The position numbers were made by a program, and so were the translations under genes. 64,000 nt of DNA, from positions 1-64,000 of the forward strand of contig AP026157.1 in the NCBI GenBank assembly GCA_030295235.1, given 5' to 3'. The notes under the pieces are model-generated. The model worked only from the letters and a program-made list of their open reading frames with translations. It was not told the origin of the DNA and did no database searches. This document shows, piece by piece, positions 39,165-52,863 of this stretch. Origin of the DNA: Fistulifera solaris (Eukaryota). The number at the start of each line of letters is the position of its first letter. Within the stretch, counting starts at the first letter, position 1.

Positions 39165-39811
39165 AGTAGATGATAATTTCGATAAAAATAAAGACTCCTT
39201 GACCGTCGTATACGACTATCAAATGCGATATTTATTTGATTCGTTTTATACCCTTGATACCAGTCGTTTACTCAAAGAAAAGAGACTTATTGATGAATCT
39301 TTGTGCTCATTCGCTTCAATAAAAAGACTCCTATATCCTGTTCGCAACAAACCAAAATACAAACGATCGTTTTACCAGCTCATGTTTCACTTTGCCAGAA
39401 AATCTGGGACAGTGGTGCATTCAGTGCATTCTGCATTATTCACTTTTCCAGAAAATCTGGAAGGGAGTCGCTGCGACGCTGCGACGCCGGTATGGCGGAA
39501 CAGTTTTACCGTCGTGATGATGATCCGCACAAAAAATGTGAGTGATGATTGAAGGCTACGTCACTCCTCTAAAAAGTGCTGCTTCTATAATCAATCAACA
39601 AGGAATAGACCTCAAGTGACACTTCAAGAAGAAGTTTGACGGTTAATTGCTGCTTTGGCCGCTGTGAAAAGAAAACGAAGCAGAAACACCTGATTATTGA
39701 TTTACTTTAGTAAAACGAACAAAGGATGGTAATAAAGTCGACATTGCTTTGCTGTGATGTCAAAGGCGACGTTTTGTTTTTGTGAAAGGCATCACGACAA
39801 ATGAAACAATT

Positions 39812-40380
39812 GTGATTCATGACTACTGTACAATCCAGTCTTGCCTGGCGTAAACAAACACTCCGTTACATAGTGAAAATCCGAGGTGTCGATCCTCGGA
39901 TTTTCGACGTGAAAAAGAAAAAAATTTCAACAAGTAGTTCAGAATCAACATTGCTGCGAGTTTATTTACCCGTAATTATATTTCCATTCGCAGTGGAATG
40001 ACAATGGACTGATGCGAGAGACGTACTGTAAAACGGAACAATTTGTTGTCCGGGTAAGGACTCATGACTACTGTACAATCCAGTCTTGGCTGGCGTAAAC
40101 AAACACTCCGTTACATAGTGAAAATCCGAGGTGTCGATCCTCGGATTTTCGACGTGAAAGAAAAAAAATTTCAACAAGTAGTTCAGAATCAACATTGTTG
40201 CAACTCTCTATTTACCCGTAATTATATTTCCATTCGCAGTGGAATGACAATGGACTGATGCGAGAGACGTAAAACGGAACAATTTGTTGTCCGGGTAAGG
40301 ACTCATGACTACTGTACAATCCAGTCTTGGTTGGCGTAAACCAACACTCGGTTACATAGTGAAAATTCAACAAGTAGTTT
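39812..40380 (+). repeat. Tandem array of ~243-bp units (2.3 copies), array A
   Basis: ATGACTACTGTACAATCCAGTCTTG at 39819, 40064 and 40305; hairpin GAAAATCCGAGG-N7-CCTCGGATTTTC in units 1 and 2. Confidence 0.92.
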
Positions 40381-40847
40381 AAATTAATTGGCTGACCGAG
40401 CGTTACTGTCACCAAGGCGGTTACTCGAAAATAAGAAATTCGTGATTGAAGTGTATTCGTGGATAATTTGAGGGAACACTTTCAGCTTTCAACGATCGTT
40501 TCATCATGTGCAATAATTTTAAAAAAGACAGACGAAAGTTCTGCTTGATGCATTTGTTTTCGAGCAATTATTACCCGGCGCCTATCGACCTTTTCTTAAA
40601 CTACCTGTAGTTAGTTTTCAGACCATTTCACATGACTGTTAGTCTATGTTCTACGCTATGCTTCCTGATGTTGTCCGTCGTCACAATCGTGATTCCATAC
40701 CAAAGAAATCGGGACGCTGCAGTCGTTCCAAAACTGCAACTTTTCCGCAAATTGTCCGCAATGTCACAGTGATGTGGACAGTACATTCCTCCGTAGTCTG
40801 CTGAAAAAGTGTCGGACACGCTGGCTTCGTTCGGTCACGATGCGTCA

Positions 40848-40945
40848 GAGATTCATACTTGATTCTGCGGAACGAAGGATGGACTGTGGCGCCGTTTTTG
40901 GCCACCATTGGACCTTCCCCATGACCATGAATCTGCATGAATCTT
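40848..40945. promoter_or_regulatory. Candidate PSR-type sites upstream of the Na+/Pi cotransporter
   Basis: TGAATCTC on the minus strand at 40848-40855, TGAATCTT at 40938-40945, near-match TGAATCTG at 40928-40935. Confidence 0.4.
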
Positions 40946-41101
40946 GTTAGATAGCGTATCTTGTTCGTCGGCACGTTGAAAGTCTACGTCCTTTCGTAGG
41001 ATTGATCGGCCTTGGGATGACAAAAACGATTTTTGTATCCTTCGCACAATTTTGGTTGTTGATTGTATGGAACGACAGTGATTGCGAAAAACTCTTTTAC
41101 G

Positions 41102-43121
41102 ATGGTACGTTCGTTTAAAGAGAGACAGAGCGATGAGAGGAGAAAGAAACGCTTTCTTGCCGTGTTGTTGTGAGAAAGAACAAAACGCCTTCGGCGATGC
41201 AGCCAGTGTTTGAGACAGTTTGACACCTCCTCTTTTTTGCAATCTTTTTGTTGTCATCATCGTTTCCTTCTTCTCACACTTGCACACACTCCAACAGACC
41301 GACAACAACGACAACAAGAACGAAGTCAACAAACAAGCCACGTCTCGCAAGGACCGCCCCACGGGCTCGATTCATTTTGGTGATGATGATTTCGAACTCG
41401 AAGAAAACATTGCCGACGCCACTTGGAAAGAAGTCTTTGAGGCTTGCTGTGTTCATTCGGCCGCCGAATGGGGATACATTGCCGCCGGTGTTTTGACGGC
41501 TTTCTTTTTCCTCTATTTCTTTCTCTTTGCCCTCGAATTGATGGGTTCTGGAGCCAAGGTCATGACTGGTTGCAAAGCCGGTGCGCTCTTTGGGGATGAC
41601 ACCAATCCTGTTGCGGGTCTCATGGTGGGTATTCTTGCGACAGTCTTGTTGCAGTCTTCTTCGACCACGACTTCGATTGTTATCTCGTTGATTGGTAGTG
41701 CCATTTCCGTCAGTCAAGGCATTTACATGATCATGGGAGCCAATATCGGAACGACCGTCACCAACACGATCGTTTCCATGGGACAAATGGCGGATGCCAA
41801 TCAGTTGGAACGTGCGTTTGCGGGTGCCACCGTTCACGATATGTTCAATTACATGACGGTCGCGATCCTTTTCCCCCTCGAAATCATTACCGGATATCTG
41901 CGTCACTTGACCAAGGCCATGGTCAAGAACGCCACCGTTAAAGATGGAGAATCTTGGGAAGGTCCCGTTAAAAAGTTTGTTTCGCCGCTCGGAGACAAGA
42001 TTATCAAGTCCAACAGCAAACTCATTACCGCAGTCGCCAAGGGAACCGGTTCTTGCAAGGAAGGCGATGGCTTTTATCCGATTCTCTGTGAACCGGGGGA
42101 ACCAACGGCCTCGAAATGCAAGCAAGTCGGTCTTATTTCATGCAACAGTGATGATGATACCTGTCCTTCCTTCTTTCAGCCCGACGCGACCGCCAAGGAC
42201 GATAAGGTGTCCGGTGGTGTCGTCTTTTTCCTCTCCATTGTCATTCTCTTCATCTGTTTGTTGGGATTGGTCACTGTCTTGCAAAAGATGCTATTGGGAA
42301 TGTCGACACGCGTGGTTTACAAGGCCACGGATGTCAATGGTTACCTGGCAATGCTCATTGGATGCGGTATGACGCTTCTCGTGCAGTCTTCTTCCATTAC
42401 CACTTCGACCTTGACTCCGGTAAGTAAGAAAACAAAGGGATTTTGTCAATGATTGATTCATTGTTCGGATCTAATGTCGTCTTTTCTGAACCATAAATTT
42501 AGCTGGTCGGAATTGGAGCGATTCGTCTTGAACAGATGTATCCCTTGACTCTTGGAGCCAACATTGGTACGACGGTCACGGGTTTGTTGGCGTCCTTGGT
42601 CTCAGACAGTACCGGCTCGTTGCAAGTCGCTTTGGCGCACTTGTTCTTCAATATTACCGGTATTATCATCTTTTATCCCGTACCCTACATGCGCACCTTC
42701 CCTTTGAATGCCGCCCGTCAACTCGGTAAGGCTACCCGCATGTGGCGTGGATTCCCCCTTGATGTACATTGCCGTCATGTTTGTGTTGGTTCCCATGTTG
42801 TTCTTGGGTGTCTCCTTCTTCTTTATGGAGGACAGCAAAGGCATGACTGTCTTGGGTTCCTTGGTGGTCGTCCTCTTGTTTATGGGAGCCGTGTACGCGA
42901 CCTACTGGTGGCGTTTCAAGGACGGCAAGCAGGAGTGCATTGACTGCTTTGAAAAGCGTGAGCGTGTCCGTGTCACCATGAAGGATCTTCCGGAGGATAT
43001 GGAATTCTTGAAGGCCAAGGTCGCGGCCTTGATGGAACACACGGGTCTCCCCGAGGAGGAGGATGAGGAAAAGCAAGCCGATAAGGTGACGGATGATGAG
43101 GACGATGAAGTCGCGGCTTAA
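41102..43121 (+). CDS. SLC34-family Na+/phosphate cotransporter
   Basis: Two QSSS motifs, GANIGTTVT twice, RAFAGATVHDMFN, QVALAHLFFN. Probable ATG-only first coding exon (41102-41104); introns 41105-41297 and 42420-42502; frameshift at ~42757. Confidence 0.93.
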
Positions 43122-44025
43122 GTTCGGTGGTGAGGTTGTTGTATGTTGATTTCAATGGCAGTTTCTACATATCCTCTGCCTTTCTTTTCTCTCATTGGAA
43201 TGGTCTTTTTTTGGAGATCTATACAGTAATTAGTTTTAGAGAGAGTTGCATGTTTTTTTTACTCCGCACTGCGTTAAACAAAGAAAAATTTATGCTTTCG
43301 TTAGTGTTCGGGACTGAAAATCCCGTATCCGTCGGATCAAGACTACTGTTTACAACATAGTCGATATCGTCGCATGAATTTTTTAAAAAAAAAACATAAA
43401 TATAAACAATTATAAGCCATCGAAATATTTTCATAACTGGAGTGAAACGTTGAGGGAAGGGACGATGTTTACGTCCAATCGTTTCGTACCACGTACACCC
43501 GTACTGAAATGAAGGGCGGATTATGAACTTTCTCAATCATATGATAAGCTTTTGCTATCAAATTCAGTTACCATCAAAGCATCTGGGGTGGTTGGTTGTT
43601 GATACACTTCATTGGCAATGCATTTTTCTTTCACTGCGGTCGAAACGGTTCTCTATTATGGATCCTGCAAAAGGTATTTTGGGTCCAAAGTGTTTCCGTA
43701 TTTCTCCACGACCCACGACTGGATTTGCTCTCGTATGTGCCTTTCTATCTCATGTTTGCTAATGACTGTTTCGCCAAACATAGAGTGCAATGGCGTCCTT
43801 GAATTGTTGGTTGATGAATGCATTCACTAATAAGTCCATCGATCCGTTCCGTCGGGCTGCTTTGTTGCCCACTTTGCTATCCAAATGAAATGACTATAGC
43901 CTCTAAGTGTATATTACTTTTTTCAAGACTGCTATGCTTCGTAAGTCACGAGACACAACCATCATTATTTTCGTCCAGCGCATTCGCTCTCTTCTCTCTT
44001 TCTGCGTTTTCTAGCCAAACAGACG

Positions 44026-44754
44026 ATGAAGGTTAGCAACCTCCCCTCTTTTTATACTAGTAGTCGTCTGTTTGGAACGGGTGCCCTTGTGGGCCCATTG
44101 GTCGATGGATTGCACAATCAATGTTTATTAGAATATCACAAGGCTCCTATCACACTGGCTTGGAATGAAGATCCTATCTTTTGTACGAGTCTGTGGGTTC
44201 CTCCCTTGTTGGGTATCGCTTACGTCGTGTTGGGAGGTGTCTTGCCGCGTTTTTTGAGTCGCAATGTCCCAACCAGAGTCAACGATCGATTCCTGACGAC
44301 ACAATCTCCGAATCAAATTCTCACCCTTCCAGAACGGACAATACTTTTACGCAACAAAGCGCTCTGGGCCGTGTTCACGACAGCTCTCATTATCAAGCTC
44401 TCCGAAATACTGGAAACACAGTCTTTCTTTGCGACTGATAGAAATGTCATTCTCTTGTTGGGTTGTGCCGTACTCCAATGGGCGTGTTTGGACGGCACGC
44501 TCGTGGCGTTCCTGCTCGCGTCGATCACCAGTATCGGAGGTCCTCAGTCCGAGTTGCCCTTTGTCGCTGCCGATGTTTGGCAATATTTAGCTCCCGACCA
44601 ATTTCCTTTGCTTTCGTTTCAGTTTCTGCCGGACGATCTCCAACAGTTGGGATTGAATCGCATCACCGGCCCTTGTTACTTTGCCGTGACGATGGATGCG
44701 ATTGCGTTGGGACGATGGTACGATGCCTTGAGGGAAAATGAGACGAATCATTAA
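44026..44754 (+). CDS. Multi-pass membrane protein, INSIG-like algal/plant family (tentative)
   Basis: Intact 242 aa with several hydrophobic helices; GP.VDGLH, WVPPLLG.AY, GGP.SE, GPCYF motifs. Confidence 0.55.
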   Translation: MKVSNLPSFYTSSRLFGTGALVGPLVDGLHNQCLLEYHKAPITLAWNEDPIFCTSLWVPPLLGIAYVVLGGVLPRFLSRNVPTRVNDRFLTTQSPNQILTLPERTILLRNKALWAVFTTALIIKLSEILETQSFFATDRNVILLLGCAVLQWACLDGTLVAFLLASITSIGGPQSELPFVAADVWQYLAPDQFPLLSFQFLPDDLQQLGLNRITGPCYFAVTMDAIALGRWYDALRENETNH

Positions 44755-45039
44755 AGTAGCAACGAGATACGGCAATTATAGCATGAACTCAATGAAAGAA
44801 ACAAAGGAAGTGAATGAATACGATACAGATAAGAGATGCGTTGTTATCCGTTAGGAAGACTCTATGAGCTCGGAGTGAAAGTCTCTCTTTTGTCAACGAG
44901 AAAACTTCGTATACAATGCTTTTTCAAACAGGAATGGTTAATTTCAAACGCATGCAGTACCGTATCGAGTCGAGACGAATAATACTTCATCATTTACAAC
45001 GTCTGATTTGTTTTCATATTCACCTATACCATCTTTGCT

Positions 45040-45327
45040 TCACAACTTCGGCAGATAATCTCGCCAGTTAAAAGGCAATCGGTGCAATCGGGTCAACTCT
45101 CCCGTCCGAGGATCCGTGACAATATCATTACGAAGAGGAAGGCGTTTTTGTGCTGTCGTTTTCAATCGTTTCTTGTGTCGTGTGACCCGACTTTTCGGAA
45201 CCGCGAACCACACATGTGCAGTGTTGGGGAACCAAGTTGTAGCAGTATTTGTGATGGTAGGAGCGACGCGGACATGCGCCGACGCCGTCCAACGCAAAAG
45301 AACGTGTTCGAAGAAGCGTTGCAGCAT
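45040..45327 (-). CDS. MRPL32: Mitochondrial ribosomal protein bL32m
   Basis: Presequence-like N-terminus, then AVPKSRVTRHKKRLK ... GEL.R.HR. Confidence 0.85.
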   Translation of the reverse strand: MLQRFFEHVLLRWTASAHVRVAPTITNTATTWFPNTAHVWFAVPKSRVTRHKKRLKTTAQKRLPLRNDIVTDPRTGELTRLHRLPFNWRDYLPKL

Positions 45328-45599
45328 AATTGCGTTTGCAGGATGGAGTGTTTTATTCTCGCTCGTACAGCTTGTACGTCAAGGGATGATTACAGAGTGA
45401 TTGAATGCGCAGTGATACTGAGAAGATAGACTACGAGATTAATAAGTGATTCTTCTTCTCCGTCATCATCTTTGTCTCGTTCGCTTCATCGCAACTAACT
45501 TGCCTCGCTCCTCTCCTTTCATATCCGCGGTCGGCCTTCTTTTCTTATTGCGGACGAGCCGCAGACAGACAGAAACACCACATGCCCGCCCCCCGCCCG

Positions 45600-45860
45600 T
45601 TCCACGTCCCACATTTTCAGGCTACGTGAAAATAGCACTCGCCCACATTTTTCTGGACACGCGAAAAAGGCACTCGTCCACATTTTCTGGAGACGTGAAA
45701 ATAGCACACCCAGACATTTTCTGGCAGCGTGTAGACATAACTCGCCCACATTTTCTGGCAGCGTGTAGACATAACTCTCCCACATTTTCTGGTTGCGTCA
45801 AATATCACATCCCCACATTTTCTGGAAACGTGAAAACACCACCCTTCCAGATTTTCGGGG
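45600..45860. repeat. ~34-bp minisatellite (about 8 units; core CCCACATTTTCTGG..CGTG)
   Basis: Cores near 45608, 45642, 45677, 45710, 45745, 45779, 45812 and 45847; the reverse strand CCAGAAAATGTGG resembles the CCAGAAATTCTGG family. Confidence 0.85.
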
Positions 45861-46097
45861 ACAGAGAAACGACCACTCGCCCGACTACATTATAGACTAT
45901 AGATCCGTCAAGTTGTTATACCGCCGCACGGCAGGAAGCAATTATTATTGACCATGGCGGACGGGGAGCGCCATGAAATAGATGCAGTCAACAAATAATC
46001 ATTACGTGAGAAACCTTTCGGCGCTTTCATTACTATTCGTATCATTCCTTGCTAAAAGAATAGATTCCTCCTACAATCGAAGAATCATCGAACAAAC

Positions 46098-49000
46098 ATG
46101 GGACGAATAAAGAATGTTTCGCCGTTTCTATGTTTCCTTCTTCTTTTCACATCCCAAACCCAGTCGACGAACGAAATCTTTATGAATACAACAACAATCA
46201 ACGCAAAAGACATTTTACGGCAATTCTATCAAGCCACGAACGGACCGCACTGGAAACATCAGGACGGATGGTCTTTTTCAGAGTCCGTGTGCGATGCTTA
46301 CGGTATTTTGTGTAATGCCGCGCAACAAATTCAAGTCATTGGATTGGCGGGCAATCAATTGCAAGGCACGGTTCCTTCAATATTATGGACTTTACCGGAT
46401 TTACAAGCGGTCGATTTGAGTTATAATTCGATTCAGATACAAGAATGGGCTCCGTCGTCCACATTACGACGATTGCGATTGAGTGCAACTGCTTTACAGA
46501 CAATGCCGGCACACTACTTTTCCCATTTAGAAGAACTCTTCTTGGATCAATGTGAATTGATTGGAAACAATCAAACATTCGAAGCACTCGTGACCGGTTT
46601 GCCGACGACCCTGCAATCCTTGCATCTTTCGAGCAGTCAATTGCAAGGCACCCTACCGCCTTCCCTCGGACGTCGTTTGACGAATTTACGGCATTTGTAT
46701 TTGCAAGAGAATGAATTGTCGGGGACGTTACCGGCCGTGTTGGGGGAATTGGTGTCGTTGCAATCGCTCGATGTATCCGATAACCCGAACATGATGTCCA
46801 GTACCTTACCCACCGAATGGAATCAATTGCGATCCTTACAAACGTTACTATTGAATCGCGTTCAATTACAAGGAACATTACCCGCATGGCCTGATTTGAC
46901 ACAATTGGAAGTTTTGGAAGCCATGGGGAATGCTTTGAATGGTTCCTTGCCCGTCTCGTTTTTGGAACATAGACCCCATCGACCCTTGACGCTGCGATTG
47001 TCGTCGAATCAATTGACGGGTTCCATTCCCTTGTCTTTTCTCAATATTCCACAATTACATATTGACTTGACCGAAAATCGAATCACCTCCATCGATGAAG
47101 CCTTTTGTACGCAAAGAGAATGGATGAGTGGTCAAGTTGGTGCCTGGCTCGAGGAACAAGGTCCGACGGCTAATGGATGTGATGCGATCTTGTGTCCGGC
47201 CGGAACCTATCAAACACAAGGTCGCGTGACCGAGGGCCGTCAACCGTGTTTGCCGTGTCCCGAACACAACCAGTACATGGGACAAACAGAATGTGTTTCC
47301 AATCTTACCATGAACGAAGAAGTTTTGATATTGAATGAATTGTTTGTAGCAACGGGAGGCCATTATCATTGAATGAAAGTCTCACACAGAACTGGACGAG
47401 GTCGGGTGTTCCATTGTGTGATCGAGAAGGCGTCGTGTGTGGATGGCCGACTCCCGAACGGAATTCGGGTGTGACCGAATTGCGTCTGAAAGACTTTGGT
47501 TTGACGGGTACAATACCCAGTCGTGTGTATCAATTGCCCAAATTGCGCGCATTGGATGTATCCTTCAATCCAGTCGAAGTGGATTTTCGTGGCATCGAAC
47601 AAGCGGAAATTTTGGAAATCGTGAAACTCACTCAAACACACGTGAATTCGCTGGCCGGAATCGAACATGTGGGGCCGTTATTGCACGAATTGCATTGGGA
47701 TCAGAATAGAGTAGAGGGTCCTTTGCCGGTAGAAGAGCTCAAGCAACTGAAATCTTTGCGGAAATTGTATTTGGGCGAGAATCGGTTTAGTGGCACGCTT
47801 CCTTCCGAACTTTTTACATCGCTGACGCAGCTCATCACTCTTTCAATCCATGACAATTCACGACTTATTGGTTCACTGCCGACGACCTTGGGCTTGCTGA
47901 AAGATTTGCAGATATTCGATGCTCACAAATGCAGCTGGGGTGGTAGCTTACCAACACAATTGGAACAGTTGACGAACTTGCGAAGGCTCTCATTGTCGCA
48001 AGGGTCGCTGGATGGGCGTCTATTGGCGTTTTCTCAATCGCCACACTTATCGGAACTTTATTTGAGTCGCAATCACTTTAGCGGAAGCATTCCTGCGGGT
48101 TTATTGGGAAGTGTCGAAGCTTCCGTTTCGCTTCGAGTGGATGTTTCTTTCAATCGATTGACGGGAAGCATTCCTAGCCAGTTGTTGGGATTTCAGAAGC
48201 TGAATCTAGATGTGGTGGGAAATGAGATGACATCGCTGTTGGATGTCTGTGATACTGGCTCTTCTGCTATACCAAGTGAATGGATGAATGGTGCAGTTGT
48301 CGCAACGTCGCCATCTTGTGATGCTATAGCGTGTCGCCCTGGATATGCTTCCCTTTATGGCCGTGTTATCCAAGGGAATGCAAATTCGACATGTCAGCCT
48401 TGTGTTGAAACCGACGAAGCTCCATTCTACGGCAGTATTCATTGTTTGAACTTGGCAGCCCAAAGAGAACGACGAACCCTCGTGTCGTTTTATGAGGCTA
48501 CACAGGGAACAACTGGTTGGATTGTGGATACAGATTGGCTGTCCGACGATGTTCCCATGTGTAATTGGCTTGGAGTCGTTTGCGATGAGCATCAACAACA
48601 AGTAAAACAACTCAACCTTGAATACAATGGTTTGAGTTTAGACGACCCTTCCACTGATGTCATGCAAATCCTCTCGCACGGTGTACCTATGCTAGAGCAA
48701 CTGGATCTCAAAGGAAATACCGAGTTGAATTTGCGATTCGAAAACATTTCGAAGGATTGGAAGCTGCACGTTTTGGCTGTATCGGCCACAAATTTGACAA
48801 GCATGAATGGTCTAGCTACTTTGGCTGGTAGTTTGTCGACTCTTTTGGCCGCCGACAATGCTTTACAGGGGGAGATCTCCACGGAAATTTTTGCCCTGAC
48901 AAACTTGAAGCATTTGTTTTTGAGTTACAATCAAATGAGTGGCTCGCTTTCTTCAAAAGTTGGCATGCTGTCGTCTTTGGAGTCGCTGTATTGGTCAAAC

Positions 49001-51777
49001 AATAATCTTTCGGGGACACTACCGACTGAGCTGGCAAAATTGACAGACTTGCGACAGTTAATTATGAATGAAAACGCATTGCAAGGACCGTTGCCCACCG
49101 AACTGAGCGAAATGTCCAAACTAGAGCAACTTTGGTTACAGCAACAGAATGGGAAATATCCTCTCGGTGGACGATTGCCGTCATTTGCGAATGCAGCTCA
49201 GTTATGGTACATGGATTTATCAAACAACGGCTTAAGCGGCTCACTACCGACGAATTTCCTCAAGCATTCAAAGCGTCTCGCTGATAGCATCACGATTTTG
49301 TTGCAAAGCAACGACTTAACCGGTACTGTTCCGACGTCTCTCAGTCGATTCTCATCTTTGTATATAGACCTGGGCGATAACAAAATCACTGACCTTCCGC
49401 CAGTGTTATGCGATAACACAAATTGGATGAATGGGGAGATGCTACCTGGTGTTTGTGATTATGTCATGTGCCCGCCTGCGACATATAATTTAGCCGGACG
49501 ACAAACTTCATCGGAAGAACCGTGCATCTCATGTCCAGCCGAGCTCGCGGACACCAATGTGTTTTGGGGACGCTCGTTTTGCATGGAGATTGAGTCCGAG
49601 CAATCGGTTTTGGAAAAGCTGTATCTTTCTACTAGTGGTAAATCGTGGCTTAATCATACGAACTGGTTGTCAGATCGACCAATCTGCTCCTGGCATGGAA
49701 TTGTTTGTGTCGGTGACCAGAATGATAATAAAGGTGTTACAGGCATTTATTTAGCGGGAAATGCATTGCACGGGGCGCTACCGACACAGATCTGGGCGCT
49801 TCCCTTGCTAACGAGCGTGCAAGTGAATGACAACTCCGAATTGATTGTCGACTTCCGAGGAACAAGTTTACTGACAAGCGTCTCATTGCTGCAAGAACTG
49901 AATGTAGCTAATACGAGTTTGGCGTACGGATTGGAAGGCTTGACGCATTTCAAACGATTGCGTAGTTTCACGGCGACACACCTCACAGGTCGATTTCCTT
50001 CTGAATTAATGACGTTGGGCCAATTGCAATCTGTTGATGTGACGAATTGTCATCTTATTGGCACACTTCCCACGTTTGAGTTTCCTCGGATACCACAGTG
50101 GAAGCAGTTTTACGCTCCTTACAATGACTTTCACGGGTCAATTCCTGAATCATGGGGACAGTTGTCGCTACTCGAAGAATTGGGTACGTTTCTATTCTTT
50201 TGTGTCTTTCACCCAAGCATGTCAACTCATCACCATTGCACCCAGACTTCAATGAAAATCTATTGAGCGGATCGGTACCGTCGTCTATCGCGAATCTACC
50301 GCACCTTAAGGCCCTTTCGTTGAAACGGAAAGAGAAACCCGGGCAAAAATTGTCGGGGCTTATTCCCAGCTTTGCAGAAGCGTCGGAGCTTGAGAGCCTG
50401 GACTTGGCCTTTAATGAATTTTCGGGCATCCCAGATGACTTCTTACAATCCGCTTTCCGAGTTCACTACATTGCCATGAGTCATAACGCAATTCAAGGAA
50501 CGCTCCCGTCTAGTTTGGATTACCTGCCGTCGAACCTGACCATTTTGATGGAGGAAAATCAAATCTCTGGCGTTCCCTTGGAACTTTGCGACAACAAGGA
50601 GTGGATGCTAGGACGAGTGGGCGAAGTAGGAAACTGTCAGGCAATTTTGTGCCCTCCGAAAACATGGGCTCCAACGGGTCGTAGTGTTGATGATGAACCA
50701 TGCCGGCCTTGCGAGGAAGCTTACAGCGCAACCCAGTATTACGGCAGTACCCAGTGTCTACCTGCGGTTGATGATCGGTCTATATTGGTGGAACTCTATC
50801 AAGCCACACGAGGACCTGATTGGGTTCGTCACGACTTTTGGAATACCCGGACGAATGTCTGTGAATGGTACGGTGTCGGGTGCGATTCACGACGTAATAT
50901 TATTTTGTTGAATTTGGAACACAACGGCCTTTTGGGCTCAATACCGAGTTCCCTTTGGCGTTTGCCGAAACTGCAATATCTGAATCTGGGTTACAATCAA
51001 CTGACAATAAGTTTGGAATTGTCGTATCGTGCGGAAAGCTTACTCGTCTTGAGCTTAAATGCAGCGGGCCATGTCGATTTGACTGGATTGGATCGACTTT
51101 CAACATTGAGTGTCCTGGAATTAAGCTCCAACGGGCTCAGTGGATCGTTTCCGACTGAAATCCTTGCCGTATCGAATCTACGCATCCTACGATTACAAGA
51201 CAATCAATTGACGGGGACGATCCCATCTTCTTTCGCATCACTGAACCATCTCCGAGTCCTTCATGTACAACAGAATCGCTTTGTAGGCCCTGTGCCGGCA
51301 CTGACGCGATCCGTTTCACTCGAAGATGTGAATTTATCCAACAATCGCTTCCAAGGCAGTATTCCAGCCGATTTTCTTTCTCACGTTCCAATCTTTTCAA
51401 ACAAAACCATTCATATTAACTTGTCTCACAACCAATTGACCGGTGAAATTCCGGAATCACTGACCCGATTCGAATTTTTCAATTTGACCTTGGGCGGCAA
51501 CCAAATCACTTCATTCTCTTCGGAATTTTGTGACAAACAGAACTGGAACGAAGGGAAAGGTTGCCATGGCATTTTGTGTCCACCCCGTACCTGGAGCTCC
51601 ACGGGCTATCAGTCTCGCACGGAATCTTGTCGACCGTGTCGGTCGGTGGATGCTGCAGCGGTGAACTGGTACGGTCAAACGACGTGTCTCGATGAGTCTT
51701 CCGTGGCATCGTCGCATCTGTGGACCATTTTCCTTGGGGGACTTGTGCTAATCTCCCTGTATCTACTAGTTGCGTAA
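46098..51777 (+). CDS. Giant extracellular LRR receptor-like protein (~1,870 aa, five LRR modules, C-terminal hydrophobic anchor)
   Basis: Signal peptide; plant-type LRRs (L.L..N.L.G.IP); repeated cap motifs L..FY.AT.G..W..W..C.W.G..C and C.AILCP.GT..GR..C.PC..YG...C. Frameshift at ~47368; intron ~50184-50244. Confidence 0.9.
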
Positions 51778-51929
51778 TAATAAAAGAACAGCTTTTATCC
51801 TGATTTGTGTCCTTTCCAGATGCTATAATGAGATCCTCTAGCATAGCTTGTTCTACAAACAACCTAAGCACACCAGAAAAAGTAGATCACTGTTGACTCT
51901 TATTAGTACTAATACTCGTCTCTAGTCAC

Positions 51930-52863
51930 TTAGATCGAAGAAACAAAGGCCGCCAACGCCGCCACAGACTCTTTTGCGAAGCCGCACACGCCTCTTGGTT
52001 CTTGCGTCGGGCATTGATATCGGTGGATTCAATGGCCTTGAAAAAGGCCGTCGCCTTTTTCTTTTGCTCGGGCGTCTGGGCCAAGTATCGGACGGCCGCA
52101 CGCGTTTCTCCCATATAACGATCCAACTCGGTGGTGACTTCGAACCAGGCCTTCTTTTCAATGAATTTGGGCAACTTGTCGAGGCGTTTCTTGGTTTCGG
52201 CCAAGACGGCCTTCTTTTTCCGGCGATGGAGGGATCGGCCGGGTTGAAGAGCGATCCATCACCGGCTTCGCCGTAGACCGAGTAGGGCGAGTAGAGCTTG
52301 GAGGATTGATCCGTTCCGTAGGCGGCTCCTTCCGAATACGAAGAACCGTCACCAATCAACCCAAAGACCGAGAATCGGGGGGATTCACCGACGGCCGCAT
52401 TTGCCGCGGCGGGAAGAAAGGCCGCACCGATGGCGGCGGCTCCCGCGGAAACAACTTCACGGCGGGATGCTTCCTGTGAATGAAAGAGTGAGTTAGATAT
52501 TAGAGAGAGAAAAGAGAGGAAAGGTAAGTGAAAAGTAAGGAAACAAGTAGTCATTTCAGCATGCAACGAGAAAGATCGACGAGAGAGGAATGAGAAGAAT
52601 AGTTGTACGACATTCGACGGTAATCTGATAACAATGATTCAAGAAAGAGCGCAAGTAAACAGTTCCTTTTCCGCTCAAAAAGTCACTTCCATTTACTCGC
52701 GGCGTTTGATGGCTCTCCTGTATCCATCGACACGAAAGCGTCTCTTTCAACTCCGTCGTTCTTCTCCTTCTCCTACTCTTCTTTCTCCTCATTATTCTTC
52801 TTTGCTTACCTGCGAGAAAGCAGCAGCAGAAACAACAAGAGAAGCAGCAATAGCGATCTTCAT
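51930..52863 (-). CDS. psbQ: Photosystem II extrinsic protein PsbQ' (OEE3)
   Basis: MKIAIAASLVVSAAA|FSQ signal; intron 52474-52809; SRR..AANA Tat/lumen signal; mature AVGESPRFSVFGLIGDG.SYSEGAAYGTDQ matches diatom PsbQ'; frameshifts at ~52220 and ~51975. Confidence 0.9.

Noticed and set aside
41274..42125. Long antisense ORFs (also 2406-3101, 10573-11217, 20682-21338, 53639-54493)
   Set aside because: Shadows of well-supported genes on the opposite strand
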